Shown here in pieces: positions 59,348 through 64,000 of a stretch of DNA of 64,000 bases (within the stretch, counting starts at the first letter, position 1; each line of letters begins with the position of its first letter). Made by a program: the position numbers and the translations under genes. The notes under the pieces were generated by a model. That model saw only the letters and a list, made by a program, of their open reading frames with translations. It was not told the origin of the DNA and made no database searches. Source of the DNA: Bordetella parapertussis (GTDB lineage Bacteria > Pseudomonadota > Gammaproteobacteria > Burkholderiales > JACQAP01); NCBI GenBank assembly GCA_945900965.1, contig CAMDKM010000003.1, positions 73,715-137,714 on the forward strand. The letters are read 5' to 3'.

Positions 59348-59902
59348 TCAACGGGTAAGTTTCGGGCGAAGCCGGGTGGTATAGAAGTACAGGCCGGCAC
59401 CAAAGGCCAGCGCGATGGCAATCCAGCCGTACATTGTCCAGCTCGCCCCGCTCCGGGCAACGGAAAACGGGAATCGGGCAACCAGCTTTTGTTTGTCGTG
59501 CACCGTTACCAAACCGATAAATTTGCCGGGCTCCGAGAAAGTGTGTTCAAAGTGGACCGAGCCCGTCGGATAAATACTGGCCGGCAGGTGAAACACCGTG
59601 ATGCCATCGAGATTGTCTTCCGTACCCGTATCGCGAATGATCCGAACCTCCGCCGATAGCGAGCGCAGTTCCTGATCTACATAGTCGAGCACTACGATGG
59701 TCTTGCCGGTACTCGGAATGTCTTCGCAAAATTCCTTTTCCGCGCTGCTCTCCGGTTGGTAGCCGACGAAGTGAATATTGTAAGGGCCGACTCGCAGGCG
59801 GCAGATGTCTTTATCCATGGACAATCCGCCGTGTCCGATGGCCAATTGCGGCAGCATCAAGACAACTGCCAGAAGAAACAGTGCGCGTGTCGAGGATGTC
59901 AT
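59348..59902 (-). CDS. pmoD: PmoD/AmoD family copper protein
   Basis: Signal then HGG; C-x9-H-FVGYQP; EFCEDIP; C-terminal TM; directly after xmoB. Confidence 0.82.
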   Translation of the reverse strand: MTSSTRALFLLAVVLMLPQLAIGHGGLSMDKDICRLRVGPYNIHFVGYQPESSAEKEFCEDIPSTGKTIVVLDYVDQELRSLSAEVRIIRDTGTEDNLDGITVFHLPASIYPTGSVHFEHTFSEPGKFIGLVTVHDKQKLVARFPFSVARSGASWTMYGWIAIALAFGAGLYFYTTRLRPKLTR

Positions 59903-59952
59903 CTTGCGAGGGAAGCACGACCGCCGGGGGCGGCCGTGCCGGATGTCGGGTT

Positions 59953-61209
59953 TCAGATGGTTTTCTTGAATACCGGCAGGACCGGCCCTGCAACGCTGGT
60001 GGTATACCGGGTTCCCTTGTCATCGAAGAAGAAAATCAGGGCGCCCACCCGGCTATCAACGTTGGACAAAAAGCCGACCAAGCGCTCCAGCTCCCAGGCT
60101 GCGTCGGTGGCGTCCAGCTTGACCACCCGGGTTTCGCCTGGGGCAAGCGGCGTATCTTCCGCGACCACCAGCCCGCTGGTCGGCAGCAGATCCTTGGGAT
60201 AAGCCGGGTCTACCGCAGCCACCGCGGCCGGAACCGCACCGTTGACGAAGCGCAGACTCGCTGTCAGGAACTCCCCAACCCGGATCGGACGCGTGGCATT
60301 GTTGCTGACTTCAATATTCATGCGCAGACTGCGCCCGGGGACATCGTATTCCGCCTTCTTGAATTTTACGCCGACGAGCTTTGGTGTTTCCGGCAAGGGC
60401 GGCGTATGGAGCGAACCAGCTTGCAGTGGAACCAGCCGAGGATAGGCGGCGGTGACACTCTTATAGCCGACAATGACAACCACCAGGATCAGGACCAGAA
60501 GTCCTGCCGCGACTTTGTCGTCCATTTTTGTGATCAACAAATCGTCCAGTCCTTTTTGCGCCGCCATCCAGCGCGGAACCAGCAGCGGCCGGCGCAGCCA
60601 CCAGAAGATCCAGGCGAGCGCGATCACGATGTATCCCGATTGCCACATCTGCGCCCGAGCCACGCCGTAGTTCTGCGTGTCTGCAATCTGAGTGCCGTCG
60701 ATCGTGGTGACGGGGTGCCGGAAATCCGCCGCGTTGCCGCTGACCTGCACCCAACTGCCGGGACCAACGATCGGTCCAGCCCCGCTCACATTGATCATTG
60801 GATGAAAGTGCCAGCGGCCTGGTATGCGCCCCTTCATCACCATTTTGAAGGTGTAATCACGTCCGATTTCCAGGTTTTTCAGGGACTGCATGGCCGGAAC
60901 ATCGTTGATATACGATTCCACCCGGGTGAGTACTGCTCCCGGCGAGGCGTTGGACATGAATACCAGGTTGGGTTTTTTTACGGCGTCCGGCCAATCCGCC
61001 ATAAGGTGAAATTTGCCCGACACAGTAACCGTGTCGTTGACGTTAATGTCCTGAGCCGACCACTTGACGTCATACCATTGAATGGTGCGTGTGCGAATGT
61101 AGGGTTCCGTTGCCCGCTCGCCGTGCGCCCATGCGGGCGGCGGAGCGACGGCCGAAACAAGCGTCAAAATAGCCAGTGCGCCGAGAACGATTTTTCCAAT
61201 GGGGTTCAT
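59953..61209 (-). CDS. pmoB: Copper membrane monooxygenase subunit B (PmoB/AmoB family)
   Basis: AHGERATEPYIRTRTIQWYD; GRWHFHP; GPIVGPG; YDVPGR; GEFLTASLRF. Confidence 0.95.
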   Translation of the reverse strand: MNPIGKIVLGALAILTLVSAVAPPPAWAHGERATEPYIRTRTIQWYDVKWSAQDINVNDTVTVSGKFHLMADWPDAVKKPNLVFMSNASPGAVLTRVESYINDVPAMQSLKNLEIGRDYTFKMVMKGRIPGRWHFHPMINVSGAGPIVGPGSWVQVSGNAADFRHPVTTIDGTQIADTQNYGVARAQMWQSGYIVIALAWIFWWLRRPLLVPRWMAAQKGLDDLLITKMDDKVAAGLLVLILVVVIVGYKSVTAAYPRLVPLQAGSLHTPPLPETPKLVGVKFKKAEYDVPGRSLRMNIEVSNNATRPIRVGEFLTASLRFVNGAVPAAVAAVDPAYPKDLLPTSGLVVAEDTPLAPGETRVVKLDATDAAWELERLVGFLSNVDSRVGALIFFFDDKGTRYTTSVAGPVLPVFKKTI

Positions 61210-62015
61210 TATTGCGCCCCCTTGTTGGCATAACCCAGTCCCATCGCCGCGCGGAAGCGCTTGCCTGTGGGAATGTAGGTCGGGATGCACAGTTTCGAGC
61301 CGATCCACCAGAAAATCATGTAGGCGAAAATACAAACGAAGCCGGAAAAGGCCGTGGATACCCACACAGCCGAATCCTCAAAGGTGCGCAAGGTGCCCCG
61401 TTCTATCATGCGAATGTATTCAGGCGTGGCAGAGCGCGGATAGGTGTACCCGATCAGATCGGCCAGCGAAACCATCTGGCCCATGTGTTCCACCGGCAGG
61501 AAATAAGGCGCCAGGTAGACCCAGTTGCTGGGGAAAAATAGCGCCGCGTAGAGCAGACCCCCGAACACGCCTGTCAGTACCCAGCTGCGGGTGATGGATA
61601 AAATTGCGTCCAGCGCAATAGCGCTCAAGAGGCAGGTGGATGGAACAACCAAGGCAAGCGGGAAATACGCCAAGGCCTCCCAACCGTGAAAACGTACAAT
61701 CCAGGTGCCGATCAGAAGCAAACCAACGCTGGCCGTGGCGCCGATGGGCAGGCGGAAGAGATTCCAAAAGACCCCCTGAAATGCGGCTGCCATCATCATT
61801 GTCACGATGGGCGTAACCAGCACCCAGAATTGCCGGTCTTTCCAGTCGATGAAAAAATCCCAATCCCCTGCCAGCAGGATAAAGTGGATCTGGGTGACCG
61901 AAATAATCAGAAAAGCGGCAACCACCACGACCATCCAGTCGAAGAGCCTCGACCATTTGGCCACTTGTGGCGATAATCCGGCGGAATCCACGATCGCGCG
62001 ATCATTCGCTGTCAT
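61209..62015 (-). CDS. pmoA: Copper membrane monooxygenase subunit A (PmoA/AmoA family)
   Basis: HFILLAGDWDFFIDWKDRQFW; FPSNW; SLADLIG; TPEYIRMIERGTLRTF. Confidence 0.95.
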   Translation of the reverse strand: MTANDRAIVDSAGLSPQVAKWSRLFDWMVVVVAAFLIISVTQIHFILLAGDWDFFIDWKDRQFWVLVTPIVTMMMAAAFQGVFWNLFRLPIGATASVGLLLIGTWIVRFHGWEALAYFPLALVVPSTCLLSAIALDAILSITRSWVLTGVFGGLLYAALFFPSNWVYLAPYFLPVEHMGQMVSLADLIGYTYPRSATPEYIRMIERGTLRTFEDSAVWVSTAFSGFVCIFAYMIFWWIGSKLCIPTYIPTGKRFRAAMGLGYANKGAQ

Positions 62016-62106
62016 GCTCTAGTCTCCCTGAATATAGTTTTTGTTCGCCCTGTTTTGACCCCAGAGCACTGCCCGGTATCAACCGGGCGACGGCCTGAAA
62101 ACTAAA

Positions 62107-62140
62107 GAGCCCGTCCACTAACGACTAGTTGGACGGGCTC
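62107..62140 (-). terminator. Stem-loop/terminator between xmoC and xmoA
   Basis: GAGCCCGTCCA-N12-TGGACGGGCTC followed by TTTAGTTTT on the minus strand. Confidence 0.7.
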
Positions 62141-62164
62141 CCAGTTTCCGAATATCTCCTGCGC

Positions 62165-62956
62165 CTAACGTGCCGCGGCGTTCTGTGTGGCACTTAATTC
62201 CTTGAACAGTTCTGCCATGCGCATGACAAGTTGCAAGAGCAGACCGCCCAGTCCGATGCCGGTCCAGCCCAGCACAACAAAACCCCAATGCAGGGGGTGC
62301 GTGAATATCTCCTCGGTCAGCCAGAATGCATGGCCCCACTCGTTGAATCCGAGATTAGGCAGAATCAAACCCGGTCCCAGAACAACCATGATGAGCGGCA
62401 CGGAAAAGTTGTTCGCGAATTTCGGCAGACGGGTCATCGCATAAAGCATGCTGGCCACGCCAAACAGGATGTAAGCGGGGATGGCGAAATAAAACAGCAC
62501 GACGTGGCTGGGCGTAAATACCGTGTCGCGCACCACCGTCTGATGCCAGGTGGCGTCCGCCTCGCCGTTAAAGCTGGCGATGAAAATAAAGGCGAAGGTA
62601 TATAACAGCAACCAGCCGACCAGATTGAAATACCGCTTCAGCTCGGTCTCGGCATCGAGTTTTTCCAGATGCCTGTCACGCGTCATCCACAAGTAAACCC
62701 AGGTGATTATTGACGCCGCGCCGATCAACACGATTTCCACCTTCAGCAAGGTCATCCAGTATTTCTGAAAATCCGCCGAGGTAGAGTCCAGCCCGAATTC
62801 AAAGGCGTACATGCCCTGGTAGGCGCGCAGCCCCATATAGATGGTAAACATCACGCCCCAGACAACGGCCAGTGGCACGAGCTTCACAATTTTGCGCGAG
62901 GCTGGTGCCGCGACGGTCCCCGCTGGCCTCACTCCCGATTCCATGACTGCGGACAT
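62165..62956 (-). CDS. pmoC: Copper membrane monooxygenase subunit C (PmoC/AmoC family)
   Basis: GLDS..FQKYWM; EADATWHQTVVRDTVFTPSH; PNLGFNEWGHAFWLTEEIFTHPLHWGFV; AGGAGG RBS. Confidence 0.95.
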   Translation of the reverse strand: MSAVMESGVRPAGTVAAPASRKIVKLVPLAVVWGVMFTIYMGLRAYQGMYAFEFGLDSTSADFQKYWMTLLKVEIVLIGAASIITWVYLWMTRDRHLEKLDAETELKRYFNLVGWLLLYTFAFIFIASFNGEADATWHQTVVRDTVFTPSHVVLFYFAIPAYILFGVASMLYAMTRLPKFANNFSVPLIMVVLGPGLILPNLGFNEWGHAFWLTEEIFTHPLHWGFVVLGWTGIGLGGLLLQLVMRMAELFKELSATQNAAAR

Positions 62957-63020
62957 AATTCCTCCTGTCGTAACATGTGGAACGCCGATATTGCGCCGCT
63001 TTCGGCAGCGCTTACCTGCC

Positions 63021-63065
63021 ATTCTAGTCCTTTATGTTGAAACAAAGTTGTCGTTTCAACGACAA
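63021..63065 (-). promoter_or_regulatory. Putative xmoC promoter: -10 TAGAAT plus perfect palindrome TTGTCGTT-TC-AACGACAA
   Basis: Palindrome at 63048-63065 lies about 42 bp upstream of the start site implied by TAGAAT (63021-63026, minus). Confidence 0.65.
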
Positions 63066-63075
63066 TTGGGCCCAT

Positions 63076-63750
63076 ATGAGAAATCTTGCGGAATTCTTGC
63101 GCGCCGCAACATGGACAAGCCAGCTCACGCCGGAACAGTTGCATCGTGTTATGGCTGAAACTCGGGGGCATACCTATGCCGCGGGGCAGACGGTCTGCCG
63201 CAGCGGCGGTCCGGTGGACTCCTGGATCGGCGTGATCGATGGACTGGTAAAGTTGCACGCCATTGCCAAGGAAGGCCGATCCGTAACCTACACTGGCATT
63301 CCGTCCGGAGGCTGGTTTGGAGAGGGCTCACTTCTTAAGGAAGAGCCTCGGCGCTATGACGTTCTGGCCTTGCGAGCCTCGCGCATCGCTCATGTGCCGC
63401 GCGCCACATTCGAGTGGCTGCTTGATAACAGCATACCCTTCAATCGCTTCGTCATGCGCCAGATCAACGAACGCCTCGGGCAGTTCATCGCGCTCGTGGG
63501 CTACGATCGTATGCACGACACCGATGCTCGCGTGGCGCTATGCCTCGGGGAATTGTTCCATCCGGTACTTCATCCCGACATTGGCCCGAAATTGCAGATT
63601 TCCCAGGAAGAGATCGGGCTGTTGACGGGCATATCGCGGCAGCGCGCCAATCAGGCTTTGCAAAAACTGCAACAAGAAGGTTTGCTGGCACTGGAGTATG
63701 GCGGCGTCCGGGTGATGAATGTCAACCGCTTGCGACGCTACGGTGCCTGA
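63076..63750 (+). CDS. Crp/Fnr family transcriptional regulator
   Basis: cNMP-binding fold WFGEGSLL..RRYDV; HTH ISQEEIGLLTGISRQRANQAL. Confidence 0.9.
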   Translation: MRNLAEFLRAATWTSQLTPEQLHRVMAETRGHTYAAGQTVCRSGGPVDSWIGVIDGLVKLHAIAKEGRSVTYTGIPSGGWFGEGSLLKEEPRRYDVLALRASRIAHVPRATFEWLLDNSIPFNRFVMRQINERLGQFIALVGYDRMHDTDARVALCLGELFHPVLHPDIGPKLQISQEEIGLLTGISRQRANQALQKLQQEGLLALEYGGVRVMNVNRLRRYGA

Positions 63751-63845
63751 GCCGCGTGCAGGCGGCGGGCTTGTCACCAATCAGTGGGCTGCTTATGCCC
63801 CGCCGGTCGTGGGTTCGGCAATTTTGTGGCGAATCCCGGCCGGTT

Positions 63846-64000
63846 CTAGTGATCGGATTTTCCGCAGTAAATCTCCAGGCAATTGTCTTCCGGATCGCGG
63901 ATCTGGAAGGCATTGAATTCCTCGCCCTGTTTGACCGGCATGCCGAACTTGAGGGCCCATTCGTTGAGCGACTTGTTGCCGGACACGCGAAAACCCACGT
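63846..64000 (-). CDS. VOC/glyoxalase family protein, C-terminal part (runs off the window)
   Basis: Manual translation: VGFRVSGNKSLNEWALKFGMPVKQGEEFNAFQIRDPEDNCLEIYCGKSDH*. Confidence 0.6.
   Translation of the reverse strand, partial: VGFRVSGNKSLNEWALKFGMPVKQGEEFNAFQIRDPEDNCLEIYCGKSDH

Noticed and set aside
61075..61080. Gln in place of the bis-His ligand in XmoB (IQWYD)
   Set aside because: This position is known to vary among CuMMOs, so it is not evidence of inactivity or novelty
59881..61233. 450-aa plus-strand ORF
   Set aside because: Antisense shadow of xmoB with no recognisable motifs
59953..62956. Calling the host a nitrifier or methanotroph
   Set aside because: No hao/cycAB or methanol dehydrogenase in the window and motifs are atypical; cannot be decided from this window
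63006..63022. Sigma54 promoter for xmoC (TGGCAG..CTGC)
   Set aside because: GG-N10-GC spacing not met
63036..63060. GTTGAAAC/GTTTCAAC resembling CRISPR repeat ends
   Set aside because: Single occurrence, reversed order, no spacers or cas genes; better explained as operator DNA

Overview
GC-rich betaproteobacterial chromosome segment (assignment inferred from gene order and protein style). The left two-thirds is mostly housekeeping: a Liv-type ABC transporter with a Rieske oxygenase alpha/beta pair, phoBR, ubiEJB, a Pho-boxed OprO/P porin, potABCD, pilTU-yggS-proC-yggT-yggU, a dynamin-like GTPase, rng-maf-rlmH-rsfS-nadD and aceEF. The right third is accessory: a cytochrome P460-like protein, a HEPN/MNT pair, a fatty/aromatic acid uptake and CoA-ligase operon, and a TetR-haloalkane dehalogenase-DUF1330-tautomerase-CoA-transferase unit. 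The main result is a complete but divergent copper membrane monooxygenase operon (xmoC-A-B, AMO/pMMO family) followed by pmoD, copC, a CopD-cytochrome c-thioredoxin-like fusion and a lipoprotein esterase. It sits divergently from a Crp/Fnr regulator, with a perfect palindrome at about -42 of its apparent promoter. XmoC carries Val where methane enzymes have Asp and ammonia enzymes Ser, which points to a non-methane, non-ammonia (hydrocarbon or halocarbon) substrate. Many intergenic spaces hold inverted arrays of 7-mer or 8/9-mer tandem repeats. No rRNA, tRNA, CRISPR array or transposase was seen. All product calls come from motif recognition, not database searches.
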